Of a stretch of DNA of 64,000 nt, positions 9,527 to 18,831 are shown piece after piece. The translations under genes were made by a program, and so were the position numbers. A model generated the notes under the pieces. It saw only the letters and a list, made by a program, of their open reading frames with translations, searched no databases and was not told the DNA's origin. The stretch comes from an uncultured bacterium (lineage in GTDB: Bacteria; CAIJMQ01). The number at the start of each line of letters is the position of its first letter. The first letter of the stretch is position 1. The stretch is taken from assembly GCA_903821905.1 (NCBI GenBank), contig CAIJMQ010000001.1:2267-66266 (forward strand), in the 5' to 3' direction.

Positions 9527-10732
9527 ATGGCTATTAATAAAATCCGTATAGTATTTGGATTGTTAGTTGTGAGTTTAATTTTAACATTGCCATGTTTTGG
9601 TGAAGAGCAAAAAATGCCTAACAAACAAAACTATGAACGACTTAAACATAAGGAATTTGGTGTATTGATGAATACGTTATTGGAACGCACTCTCTATGAC
9701 TGCTCAAAAGCACAAGAAGAGATAAATGCAATTGTATCTGACCCAAAAACCAAGATAACTAAAAATGCTGATGGTTTTTGGGTTGTTCTCGAGGAAAAAG
9801 GTAATCAGCTAATTAATATTGACTTCTGGTCGCAGAATGGACCACTACAAACTGCTTCCAAGAATTTCTATTGGAACAAGATTACTTGGAAACAAATACC
9901 CGGTTCTCCTGGATACGATATTGAGTATGATGAAAAGGGAAATATTATTACGTTTGGGAGAAGACCCCCAGGGGAGATATTAGATTTCTATCCGAATGGT
10001 AAATTAAAGCTCTTTTTTGTCAGGCTTTCCGAAAAGCAAAGTTTCTCAGCAGAATGGGATGCTGAAGGCAAGCTTATTCGAGAGGGGACAAGGATAACAG
10101 GTCCCCTGCCTTCTCAATTTGAGGGAGAGATAAATGATTATCAGAAAGTTGCAGATAGCCATCCCAACACTCCAGAAGCAGTTGATTCTTTACGTAAGAT
10201 AGCAGAGATATATGAAAAAGAAGAAAGGGAGTACGAGAAAGCAATAGAATATTACAAACGTGCAATAGAAAATTCTACGAATGAAGATGTTATTGCAGAG
10301 ATGAAATGGTTTATCAGCCAGGACTATCTCAATCAAAAGGAATATTCCAAAGCAATTGAGGTGCTGCAAGAGATAATAGAGAAATATCCGAAAAGTAGCT
10401 ATGTTGCCCAGTCGAAATTGTTAATTGCTGACTGTTATGAAAAAATGGAAGACTACGCAAAAGCTATAAGCCAATATGAAGAGATTGCTAAGAATTATCC
10501 CAAGGAAGAACAGAAACAGTCTGCTCTGTCAAAGATTGGAATGCTTTATACCGCTATGAGAGATTATAAAAATGCCGTTGAATCATATGAGAAGATAATA
10601 ACGAAATATCCTGGCACTCTTGTTGCAAAGGTTGCTAAATACCAGATAAGGGTTATTAAGGAATATTATGAAAAGGGGCTTGAGCCATCTGTGGAAGAAC
10701 TCCAGAAAATATCCAAAGAAGAGGGGTTTTGA
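9527..10732 (+). CDS. Secreted TPR-repeat protein. The N-terminal part resembles MORN/YwqK-like repeats and the C-terminal part resembles YbgF-like TPRs.
   Basis: Signal peptide. Several 34-aa TPR-like units in the C-terminal half (AIEYYKRAIE, AISQYEEIAKNYP and others). Confidence 0.55.
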   Translation: MAINKIRIVFGLLVVSLILTLPCFGEEQKMPNKQNYERLKHKEFGVLMNTLLERTLYDCSKAQEEINAIVSDPKTKITKNADGFWVVLEEKGNQLINIDFWSQNGPLQTASKNFYWNKITWKQIPGSPGYDIEYDEKGNIITFGRRPPGEILDFYPNGKLKLFFVRLSEKQSFSAEWDAEGKLIREGTRITGPLPSQFEGEINDYQKVADSHPNTPEAVDSLRKIAEIYEKEEREYEKAIEYYKRAIENSTNEDVIAEMKWFISQDYLNQKEYSKAIEVLQEIIEKYPKSSYVAQSKLLIADCYEKMEDYAKAISQYEEIAKNYPKEEQKQSALSKIGMLYTAMRDYKNAVESYEKIITKYPGTLVAKVAKYQIRVIKEYYEKGLEPSVEELQKISKEEGF

Positions 10733-10745
10733 TATTCAGTCCCTC

Positions 10746-10774
10746 TTGAGATTTTGGCGCAGTATAGATATAAT
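10746..10774 (+). promoter_or_regulatory. Sigma70-type promoter of the hydrogenase/MTHFR/hypF operon.
   Basis: TTGAGA (10746-10751), 17-nt spacer, TATAAT (10769-10774). The SD AAGGAG lies 6 nt upstream of the ATG at 10844. Confidence 0.5.
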
Positions 10775-10843
10775 TCCACTCTTCAAGGTAGCAAAATATG
10801 AATTTGGACTTCTCATTTAAGCCATAGTAATAAGGAGATAAAT

Positions 10844-11890
10844 ATGCGGTATGTGAGTTTGCAGAAGGACAAGTTACCCCAGTTCGTCAATTCTTTGCAA
10901 AAAAAGTATAAAGTTGTTGCTCCCGTGAAGAAAGAAAATCTGTTTGTATTTGCTACGATAGAAGACCCCGAAGAAGTAGAACTTGATTATATGCCTACAA
11001 TACTACCTCCCAAAAAATATTTCCTTCCGCAACACGAAAAATTAGGAAGTTTTGTGAAAGATAATGTTGCGATGGCGGATACCAATATTGATGTTGAGCC
11101 AACTGTTTTGTTTGGCGCGCATACCTGTGATATTGAGGGTATAGAATGTCTTGATATTGTTTTCCACGATACGCCTGCAGACCCTTATTTCGGAAGAAGG
11201 AAAAAATCTATCATTATCATAGGTTATGAGTGCATGAAACCGTGCGATGAATATTCTACGTGCGTTACTATGGATACGCTCAATCCCAGAGCCGGTTATG
11301 ACATTATGATTACGGATATCGGCGATAAATATATTCTATACATAAATTCACCCGAAGGTATGGGGATAATAGGGAAAAACCCGATTTTTGGGAAAGTTGA
11401 AAATGAACGTGATGTGAAGACGAAACTCTTGAAACTCAGGGAAGATAAAGTGAAAAATTTTAAAGTTCAGATTGATGCTGATTATAAGGAACTTAATAAA
11501 ATATTCGGCACTTCTTATAACAGTAAAACATGGCAAGATGTGGGGAAGAGATGTGTTTCCTGCGGCAATTGCACGGCTGTATGCCCTACGTGTTATTGCT
11601 TTGATATAAACGATGAAGTTAAGCTTGATATGAGTGGCGGGAAAAGGGAAAGAGTGTGGGATTCCTGCCAGCTTGATGAATTTGCAATGGTTACAGGCGG
11701 TGAGAATTTCCGTAAAGAACGTTCTTCAAGACAACGGCACCGATATTACAGGAAATTTGATTATTCCGTAAAAAAATACAGCAAGTTTTTCTGTGTAGGA
11801 TGTGGAAGATGTACCCGCACTTGTATGGCTGATATTAGTTTGATTGAGACTGTAAATGAATTGGCAAAGGAGCATAAAAATGCAAAGTAA
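10844..11890 (+). CDS. hydB: Cytoplasmic [NiFe] hydrogenase (group 3b / sulfhydrogenase-type) beta subunit: Fe-S protein, HydB/AsrA-like.
   Basis: Two Cys clusters, CVSCGNCTAVCPTCYCF and CVGCGRCTRTC. It is the first gene of a beta-gamma-delta-alpha set. Confidence 0.8.
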   Translation: MRYVSLQKDKLPQFVNSLQKKYKVVAPVKKENLFVFATIEDPEEVELDYMPTILPPKKYFLPQHEKLGSFVKDNVAMADTNIDVEPTVLFGAHTCDIEGIECLDIVFHDTPADPYFGRRKKSIIIIGYECMKPCDEYSTCVTMDTLNPRAGYDIMITDIGDKYILYINSPEGMGIIGKNPIFGKVENERDVKTKLLKLREDKVKNFKVQIDADYKELNKIFGTSYNSKTWQDVGKRCVSCGNCTAVCPTCYCFDINDEVKLDMSGGKRERVWDSCQLDEFAMVTGGENFRKERSSRQRHRYYRKFDYSVKKYSKFFCVGCGRCTRTCMADISLIETVNELAKEHKNAK

Positions 11891-12743
11891 ACTATTGAAA
11901 AAAGAGATGACAATTCCTGCCGATTTTTTATATTCGCCGCGGGCTGCTACGATAGTTAAAACCAAACAAATGACGGCAAATGAGAAATTTTTTGAAATCA
12001 AATTTGATGACGGAGAACCCCTTGGGCATGAGCCGGGACAATTTATTCAACTTTCTATTTTCGGGATAGGTGAAGCTCCTGTTGGTATTTGTTCGTCTCC
12101 GACAAAAGAAGATAGAAGCACTTTTGAAGTTTGCGTGCGGAAAGTAGGGACATTTACCAATGCGTTACATAAACTTGATGTAGGCGATAAACTCGGCATC
12201 AGAGGTCCTTATGGAAGAGGGTTCCCGATTGATGAACTCAAAGGTAATGATGTTCTTATTGTTGCGGGAGGGCTTGGTATTGTTCCGCTTCGGTCTCTTA
12301 TAAATTTTATTATTGATAGAAGAAGGGATTTCGGTAATGTAATGATACTACTTGGTTGTAAAGGTCCCAAAGACAGGCTTTTCACCGATGATATGAAAGA
12401 ATGGGAACGCATGCTTAATATCAATTATGCATGTACTGTTGATAGAGCTGACCCTGATTGGAAAGGAAACGTAGGTGTAATTACTACTCTTATGCCGGGT
12501 GTTCATATTGATAAAAACAGAACATATGCCGTTGTTGTCGGTCCGCCCATTATGTATAAATTTGTAATAGCTGAACTTCTCAAGAAAGGTCTGTCTGAAA
12601 ACCAGATAATCCTTTCCTTGGAACGCCGGATGAAATGCGGTCTCGGCAAATGCGGGCATTGCCAGATAAATAGTGTATATGTATGCAAAGATGGTCCAAC
12701 ATTTACCTATGCTGAATTAAAAGGATTGGGGGAGGCGTTATGA
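11880..12743 (+). CDS. hydG: Hydrogenase gamma subunit: FAD/NAD(P)-binding oxidoreductase with a C-terminal 2Fe-2S site (HydG/AsrB/PyrK-like).
   Basis: Ferredoxin-reductase-like fold motifs and the C-terminal CGLGKCGHCQ. I choose the start ATG at 11880, which is preceded by AAGGAG. The ORF-track start at 11856 lacks an SD. Confidence 0.8.
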   Translation: MQSKLLKKEMTIPADFLYSPRAATIVKTKQMTANEKFFEIKFDDGEPLGHEPGQFIQLSIFGIGEAPVGICSSPTKEDRSTFEVCVRKVGTFTNALHKLDVGDKLGIRGPYGRGFPIDELKGNDVLIVAGGLGIVPLRSLINFIIDRRRDFGNVMILLGCKGPKDRLFTDDMKEWERMLNINYACTVDRADPDWKGNVGVITTLMPGVHIDKNRTYAVVVGPPIMYKFVIAELLKKGLSENQIILSLERRMKCGLGKCGHCQINSVYVCKDGPTFTYAELKGLGEAL

Positions 12744-13516
12744 GCCAGAGTAAAAACAAAAAAGTGCGCATTGCTTTATTTGATTTTGCCGATTGCGAAG
12801 GTTGCCAGCTCCAAGTTACTTATCTTAATGACCAGTTGGTTGGACTTTTGGAACACTGTGAAATAGTGAATTTTAGAGAGGCAATTTCAGAAAGAAGCGA
12901 TGATTATGATATAGCCCTTGTTGAAGGTTCAATTACAAGAAAACACGATGAAGAACGCGTCAAAAAAATACGCGAGAATGCAAAGATACTGATTGCTTAT
13001 GGTTCATGTGCTTGTATAGGCGGAGTGAACGGTTTAAGGAAAAAATTCACTCAAGAAGAAGCAAAAGATATAGTTTATAAAGGCAGGGAATTTCCCATTG
13101 ATGTAGGAGAACCAAGACCGGTTCACGAAGTCGTTAAAGTTGATTATTTTATATACGGTTGTCCTACTAATAATGAAGAAACAATAAAAGCACTGAAATC
13201 AATTCTTATCGGCAAAGGTTATACTCCGCCCAGATATCCTGTTTGTGTCGAATGTAAACTAAAAGAAAACGTCTGCTTGTTTGAAAAAGGTCAGGTTTGT
13301 CTGGGACCGGTGACAAGGGGCGGTTGCGGCGCTTGGTGTACGAGTTATGGAAATACTTGTTACGGATGCAGAGGACTTCTTGATAAACCCGCGCAAGAGG
13401 GACAGATGGATATATTAAAGAAAAACGGATATACACTGGAAGAACTAAAGCAAAAATTCGAAACTTATAATTTATGCAGAATGATGGGAGAGCAAAATGC
13501 AACAGAAAAATCTTAA
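12740..13516 (+). CDS. hydD: [NiFe] hydrogenase small (delta) subunit.
   Basis: N-terminal FDFADCEGCQ small-subunit proximal-cluster motif plus further Cys ligands. The start overlaps the stop of the upstream gene (ATGA). Confidence 0.85.
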   Translation: MSQSKNKKVRIALFDFADCEGCQLQVTYLNDQLVGLLEHCEIVNFREAISERSDDYDIALVEGSITRKHDEERVKKIRENAKILIAYGSCACIGGVNGLRKKFTQEEAKDIVYKGREFPIDVGEPRPVHEVVKVDYFIYGCPTNNEETIKALKSILIGKGYTPPRYPVCVECKLKENVCLFEKGQVCLGPVTRGGCGAWCTSYGNTCYGCRGLLDKPAQEGQMDILKKNGYTLEELKQKFETYNLCRMMGEQNATEKS

Positions 13517-14831
13517 TATAAATGTTGATTACTTGACCCGGGTTGAAGGACACGGGGATATCGTAATCAATGTTAAGGAAGGTAAGCTCGAGAAATGTGA
13601 GCTTCAGGTAATAGAAGCTCCCCGGTTTTTCGAGGCTATGCTGAGAGGCAGGTCTATATTTGAAGCACAGCATATTACTTCCAGAATTTGCGGAATATGT
13701 TCAACGGGACACAGCCTTGCTTCGATAAAAGCTTCTGAAGATGCAGCCGGTTTTACACCTACGCAACAAACTGTTCTACTTCGGAAACTGCTCCTTCATT
13801 ATGAAACTCTTGACAGCCATCTTTTACACGCGGCTTTTCTTGTGGCGCCGGATGCTTTGGGTGTGCCCAGTGTTCTTCCGCTTTTAACTACTCATAAAGC
13901 TCTTGTTCTCATGGTATTGGGTATGAAGAAAGATTATAGCGACCTTTGCGATATTCTTGCGGGAAGACATACTCATCCCATTACAGTATGTCCGCGCGGA
14001 TTTACTAAGCTTCCCACGAAAAAAGAACTCCAGAAAACAAAAGATATTCTTACCCAGCATGTAGCAAAACTTAACAAGATTGTAGACCTCTTTACGACAT
14101 TAAAATTGCCAAACTTTGAGAGAGCGACAGAATACGTGGCATTGACCCATCCCGAAGAATATGCATTTTTAGACGGTAATATTACTACCACGGATATGAG
14201 GGATTCCGTTATTCATCCCCACGATTATAAAGAAGTTATTCATGAGTTTCATGTTGCTCACAGCACATCAAAACATTCTAAAAATAAAAGAGATTCATAT
14301 ATGGTAGGTGCTTTGGCAAGGATTAATATCAACTTTAATAAACTAAACAAGCAGGCAAAATCCGTTGCAAGTGCGCTGAATTTTAAAACTCCTTCGTATA
14401 ATCCATATATGAATACGATTGCCCAGGTTATTGAATCGGCTCATTGTTTATACGATGCAATAGCAATCGTTGACCATTTCTTGAAGATAGGCATTAACTA
14501 TGATGAAGTTGTCAGTTCCTGGCCGAAAGTTGACGAATGGCCTACATTTAAATGCAAAGCAAGAAAAGGCGTGGGTGCTGTTGAAGTCCCGCGCGGGATT
14601 CTTATACACGAATATACCATCAATGAGCGCGGTATAATAAAAAATGCCAATTGCTGTATTCCGACTAACCAGAACCTTGCCAATATCGACCTTGATATGA
14701 AGAAACTCGTTCCCGAGGTATTGGATAAATCAAAAGAAGAGATTACACTACTTGCCGAAATGTTAGTTAGAGCATATGACCCGTGCATTTCATGTTCGTG
14801 CCATATGCTTGATGTGAAATTTATCGAGTAA
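13497..14831 (+). CDS. hydA: [NiFe] hydrogenase large (alpha) catalytic subunit.
   Basis: N-terminal RVEGHG and the L1 motif RICGICSTGH. The C-terminal L2 motif DPCISCSCH binds Ni-Fe and marks the protease cleavage site. Confidence 0.9.
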   Translation: MQQKNLNINVDYLTRVEGHGDIVINVKEGKLEKCELQVIEAPRFFEAMLRGRSIFEAQHITSRICGICSTGHSLASIKASEDAAGFTPTQQTVLLRKLLLHYETLDSHLLHAAFLVAPDALGVPSVLPLLTTHKALVLMVLGMKKDYSDLCDILAGRHTHPITVCPRGFTKLPTKKELQKTKDILTQHVAKLNKIVDLFTTLKLPNFERATEYVALTHPEEYAFLDGNITTTDMRDSVIHPHDYKEVIHEFHVAHSTSKHSKNKRDSYMVGALARININFNKLNKQAKSVASALNFKTPSYNPYMNTIAQVIESAHCLYDAIAIVDHFLKIGINYDEVVSSWPKVDEWPTFKCKARKGVGAVEVPRGILIHEYTINERGIIKNANCCIPTNQNLANIDLDMKKLVPEVLDKSKEEITLLAEMLVRAYDPCISCSCHMLDVKFIE

Positions 14832-14840
14832 TACCAATTA

Positions 14841-15302
14841 ATGGAGAAAACACTCGTCATAGGTGTAGGTTCTGTATTAAGAAGTGACGATGGTATAGGA
14901 ATAAGAGTAGTAGAAGAGCTTCAGAAGGAAAAATTCCCCTCCAAGGTTAAGTTCATAAGTGGCGATATCTCTGGTTTAGAGCTTATAAAATATTTCTCCG
15001 ACTTTGCGCGGGTTATTATTATTGATGCTGCGGATATAAAAGAAAAACCCGGCACGATTAAGTCATTCAAGGGTTCCCAGCTAAAGAAAAGCGATTTCTC
15101 CGATATTGTTTCAACTCATGGCATGAATCTTATTGAGACATTAACACTTGCGGAAAAGTTGGATATCTCACCTGAAATAGTTATTGTAGGCATCCAGCCG
15201 AAAGATACTTCATTCAAATTAGAACTGACACTTGAAATAGAAGAGAAAATACCTTATATAGTAAATGCAGTTAAAAAGATAATTAATAGAGATAAAAAAT
15301 GA
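14841..15302 (+). CDS. Hydrogenase maturation endopeptidase (HycI/HoxW/HyaD family).
   Basis: The IGVGSVLRSDDGIGIRVV motif, a size of 153 aa, and its position directly downstream of the large subunit. Confidence 0.85.
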   Translation: MEKTLVIGVGSVLRSDDGIGIRVVEELQKEKFPSKVKFISGDISGLELIKYFSDFARVIIIDAADIKEKPGTIKSFKGSQLKKSDFSDIVSTHGMNLIETLTLAEKLDISPEIVIVGIQPKDTSFKLELTLEIEEKIPYIVNAVKKIINRDKK

Positions 15303-17296
15303 TTGATTATACGAAATACCGGCTGAAATCAAAGGAAGAACTCGCGGAGATTCTCTCTGGAATTTCCAGTATTTTTGTTGTCTTGTGCCTGAAATGTTAC
15401 AAAGAATTTCAGGTTGTAGAAGAGCCGGAATGTCCTGATTTCCAGGAATATCTAAAAGAGAAAGGGATAAAATTTGCAGGATGTATTGACCAAGATTTTT
15501 TATGCAATAACTATCTCACAGATAAAAAATTGGCTGAAGTTAAGCTCAATGATGCGGAAGCGGTCGGCGTTATATCCTGCGGTTTAGGAATTCAGAATAT
15601 TGCTAAATCATTGGAAGGTAAAAGAGTTATAGCTCTTGCTGATTCAATTCCCCATGGCGGAAATGCAACAAGTATTGTAGGCTATCATGGAATAGCACTT
15701 GAGAGCGAGAAATGTTCTGCCTGCGGAGAGTGCTATTTAAATATTACAGGCGGGATTTGTCCTATAGTAGATTGTGCCAAGAGTCTTTTAAATGGTCCCT
15801 GCGGCGGAGCTAAAAACGGCAAATGCGAAGTAAATTCCAACCTTGACTGTGCATGGGAAAAAATATACGAACGGCTTAAAAACCAAAACAGAGAATTCAT
15901 AAGTAAAAAGATAGAAATAAGGGATTATGGCAAATTCAAATTTGATAATAAAAAGAAGCTTTCTCTTTCTAATCAGGCACGAAGAAAAGAAAGTTTTTAC
16001 GGCGGTGTATATCCCTTAGATAAGAAAGAAGATACCCAAAATCTTGCCATTGCAGTTTTTCCTGAACCCCAACAAGTAACTATATTCCTCTCTCAACATA
16101 CAGGTTCTCCGGCTGAAGCTTTAGTAAAAGTCGGCGATACGGTAAAAATTGGGCAGAAAATAGCAAAAAGCACAGGACTGATATCTTCCTCGATTCATTC
16201 GAGTGTCAACGGTAAAGTTGTTTCTTTGAAAAAAAGAATTCATCCTTCCATATTAAAACCTCTCCCTGCGATAGTTATTGAAAACGATGGTTTGGATGAG
16301 TTTGATTCTTCAGTAAAACCTATTTTAAATTGGGAAAACGAGTCAAAAGAGTCATTGACACAGATATTGCAAGATAAAGGGATTGTCGGTTTAGGCGGTG
16401 CTATGTTTCCCACTCACGTTAAACTCTCTGCGCCGAAACCTGTTGATACTTTGATTATCAATGGCTGTGAATGTGAACCGTATCTGAGTGCAGATAACAG
16501 AGTGATGGTCGAGTATCCCGAACAAATAATGAAGGGTATTAGTGTTGCGAAAAAACTTCTCGGTGTGGAAAATGTTATTGTCGTAGTTGATGAGAATAAA
16601 CCTGAAGCGATTGAGAAACTTAAGAGTTTACCAAACATCAAAGTTGAAGTTCTGAAAACCAAGTATCCTCAAGGCGCAGAAAAGATATTAGTAAAGAAGT
16701 TGCTTAATAGGGAAGTTCCTGAAGCGGGTTTACCTTTTGATGTCGGGGTTGTAGTTTCCAATGTGAGCACAATTTTTGCAATCTATCAGGCAATCTTTGA
16801 AGGACTGCCTCTGATTCAAAGAGTGGTTACGGTTTCCGGTGACAGTATAGTGCGAAGCGGTAATTTTTTGATGAAAATAGGCACTTCCCTAAACGATATC
16901 GTCAAGTTCTGCTTTAAAGGAAATAAAGAAAAAATTTTTGAAGAATATCATATTAAAATGGGTGGTCCGATGATGGGTATAGACCAGATTAGTCTTGATT
17001 CAAGTGTTATCAAAGGTTCAACGGGATTCACTTTCCTGAAGAAAAACCCAGCTGAGCTTTCGGAAGAGCGCGCCTGTATAAAATGCGGTCGTTGTGTTGA
17101 AGTATGTCCTGTGGAACTTGAACCTCTGTATTATGCCTATTACGGACAGAAGAAAATGTGGAATGAAACTATCAAGTATAATGTTGCCAATTGTATAGAA
17201 TGCGGCGCATGCGAATATGTCTGTTCATCAAAAATAAGTCTTTTGAGTTTAATAAAAAAGGCAAAGAAAAATGCTCATAACAAAGTTAAAAAATAA
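15299..17296 (+). CDS. Fusion protein. The N-terminal domain is MetV-like and Cys-rich (MTHFR_C, PF12225-type). The C-terminal module is an RnfC-like NADH-binding, 2x[4Fe-4S] unit. It is the candidate electron-input subunit of an NADH-dependent methylene-THF reductase.
   Basis: The N-terminal 200 aa carry CGLGIQ...CSACGECYLNITGGICPIVDCAKSLLNGPCGGAKNGKCEV, which is near-identical in pattern to the next gene. The C-terminus carries GGAMFPTHVKL and INGCECEPYLSADNRVM (RnfC SLBB/51K-like) plus two CxxCGxCxxxCP ferredoxin motifs. The start overlaps the protease stop (ATGA). Confidence 0.7.
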   Translation: MIDYTKYRLKSKEELAEILSGISSIFVVLCLKCYKEFQVVEEPECPDFQEYLKEKGIKFAGCIDQDFLCNNYLTDKKLAEVKLNDAEAVGVISCGLGIQNIAKSLEGKRVIALADSIPHGGNATSIVGYHGIALESEKCSACGECYLNITGGICPIVDCAKSLLNGPCGGAKNGKCEVNSNLDCAWEKIYERLKNQNREFISKKIEIRDYGKFKFDNKKKLSLSNQARRKESFYGGVYPLDKKEDTQNLAIAVFPEPQQVTIFLSQHTGSPAEALVKVGDTVKIGQKIAKSTGLISSSIHSSVNGKVVSLKKRIHPSILKPLPAIVIENDGLDEFDSSVKPILNWENESKESLTQILQDKGIVGLGGAMFPTHVKLSAPKPVDTLIINGCECEPYLSADNRVMVEYPEQIMKGISVAKKLLGVENVIVVVDENKPEAIEKLKSLPNIKVEVLKTKYPQGAEKILVKKLLNREVPEAGLPFDVGVVVSNVSTIFAIYQAIFEGLPLIQRVVTVSGDSIVRSGNFLMKIGTSLNDIVKFCFKGNKEKIFEEYHIKMGGPMMGIDQISLDSSVIKGSTGFTFLKKNPAELSEERACIKCGRCVEVCPVELEPLYYAYYGQKKMWNETIKYNVANCIECGACEYVCSSKISLLSLIKKAKKNAHNKVKK

Positions 17297-17915
17297 GGAA
17301 GAACTCCTTGCGTCTTTTGAGAAAAAGCCGTTCATCATAAAATGTTTCGGCTGTAAGGAAGTATATTTTCCCGAAGACAAGATTGAAGAGTTACTAAAAG
17401 AAAACGAGAGCAAAATAACAGGAGTTGCCCGTTTGGATTATCTCTGCAGGGAAGAGTTCAGTAAACTTTATCTGGCAAAATACGGCCAGCAGATTAAAAA
17501 TTCCGGTGTAGTAATAGTTTTTTCCTGCGGAGTAGGTGTTCAAGTTATAGCGAAACTGTGTCCTGAAAAAGAAGTTCTTGCCGGCTGTGATACTTATTAT
17601 CTGGACGGCTTTCAGGGATTATCAGTCCAGGATTTAAACTGCGAACAATGCGGCGAATGTTATCTGAATTATACCGGCGGCATTTGTCCTATTACGGCTT
17701 GTTCCAAAGGTTTATTGAATGGTCAATGCGGCGGTGCTAAAAACGGCAAATGTGAAGTGAATGTAGAAATGGATTGTGGCTGGGAATTAATATATAAGAA
17801 ATTAAAAGGTCTGAAGCTTGAGAATGTAACAAAACAGTCAAAGGTTCTAATCAGAAACTATAAACGCATTCTTGATGAATTAGGGTATAATAAAGACCAT
17901 ATTAAAGAGGAATAA
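17271..17915 (+). CDS. metV: MetV-like small subunit of methylene-THF reductase (MTHFR_C domain, Cys-rich, Zn/Fe-S-like).
   Basis: CGVGVQ...CEQCGECYLNYTGGICPITACSKGLLNGQCGGAKNGKCEV. It is a paralogue of the N-terminal domain of the upstream fusion protein. Confidence 0.7.
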   Translation: MLITKLKNKEELLASFEKKPFIIKCFGCKEVYFPEDKIEELLKENESKITGVARLDYLCREEFSKLYLAKYGQQIKNSGVVIVFSCGVGVQVIAKLCPEKEVLAGCDTYYLDGFQGLSVQDLNCEQCGECYLNYTGGICPITACSKGLLNGQCGGAKNGKCEVNVEMDCGWELIYKKLKGLKLENVTKQSKVLIRNYKRILDELGYNKDHIKEE

Positions 17916-17916
17916 A

Positions 17917-18789
17917 ATGGATTTTGCTAAAAAAATACAAAGCGGACAATTTGTCATTACTTCGGAAATCGGTCCTCCTAAGGGTGTGGAAATAGAAGGA
18001 GCTTTAAAAGAAGCAGAAACTCTAAAAGGTAAGGTGGACGCTTTCAACGTTACAGATTTACAGAGTTCTGTAATGAAATTGGGCTCTCTTGCTACATGCC
18101 GTCTGCTTGTTGAAAGAGGGTTAGAACCGATATTCCAGATTACTTGCCGCGACAGAAACAGGTTGGCTTTACAATCGGATTTACTTTCTGCTTATGTGCT
18201 GGGAATAAGAAATGTTCTTGTTCTTACCGGTGACCATCCTGTTTTAGGCGACCATCCACAAGCAAAACCCGTATTTGACCTTGATTCTATAAGTTTACTG
18301 AAAGCGGCAACAGGTCTTATGGAAGGTAAAGATATGGTCGGCAATGACCTTGTTGGTAAACCGGAATTTTTGCTCGGTGCAGTTGTCAATCCGAGTGCAG
18401 ACCCTTTAGAACCTCAGATTATCAAGATGGAGAAAAAGATCCAAGCAGGTGCAAAATTTTTCCAGACTCAAGCAATATATGATGTAAAGAGTTTTGAAAA
18501 TTTCATGAACATAGTCAAAAAATTCAATGTTCCCATTCTTGGCGGAATAGTTCTTTTGAAATCCGCCGGTATGGCAAAATTCATGAACGAGAAAGTTGCA
18601 GGTATAAATGTTCCCGACAAATATATCGCGATGATGGCAGAGGCAAGTAAAGAAGATAGACCTAAAGTCAGTGTTCAAATAGCTGCAGAGCTGATAAAAG
18701 GCATGAAAGGTCTCTGTCAGGGAATACACATTATGCCTCTTGGCTGGGAGAAACATGTCCCGTCTGTTCTACAGGAATCTGGATTCTAG
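17917..18789 (+). CDS. metF: 5,10-methylenetetrahydrofolate reductase catalytic subunit (MetF, acetogen/clostridial type).
   Basis: 290 aa with TIM-barrel MTHFR motifs (ITCRDRNR, VLTGD). It starts 2 nt after the metV stop. Confidence 0.7.
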   Translation: MDFAKKIQSGQFVITSEIGPPKGVEIEGALKEAETLKGKVDAFNVTDLQSSVMKLGSLATCRLLVERGLEPIFQITCRDRNRLALQSDLLSAYVLGIRNVLVLTGDHPVLGDHPQAKPVFDLDSISLLKAATGLMEGKDMVGNDLVGKPEFLLGAVVNPSADPLEPQIIKMEKKIQAGAKFFQTQAIYDVKSFENFMNIVKKFNVPILGGIVLLKSAGMAKFMNEKVAGINVPDKYIAMMAEASKEDRPKVSVQIAAELIKGMKGLCQGIHIMPLGWEKHVPSVLQESGF

Positions 18790-18831
18790 AAATATACACC
18801 CCATATTTTCTGCATCGGTAACCTAAAAGCT

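Noticed and set aside
12209-12688. Three overlapping minus-strand ORFs inside hydG.
   Set aside because: They are mutually overlapping, antisense to a gene with clear FAD/2Fe-2S motifs, and have no start-site support.
10844-14831. Alternative classification of the hydrogenase as membrane-bound group 4 (Ech/Hyc) or as [FeFe].
   Set aside because: The large subunit has canonical [NiFe] L1/L2 motifs (RICGICSTGH and DPCISCSCH). The partner subunits are the soluble FeS beta, the FAD/NAD gamma and the small delta subunit, in the order typical of group 3b sulfhydrogenase-like enzymes. There are no membrane antiporter-like subunits and no H-cluster motifs.
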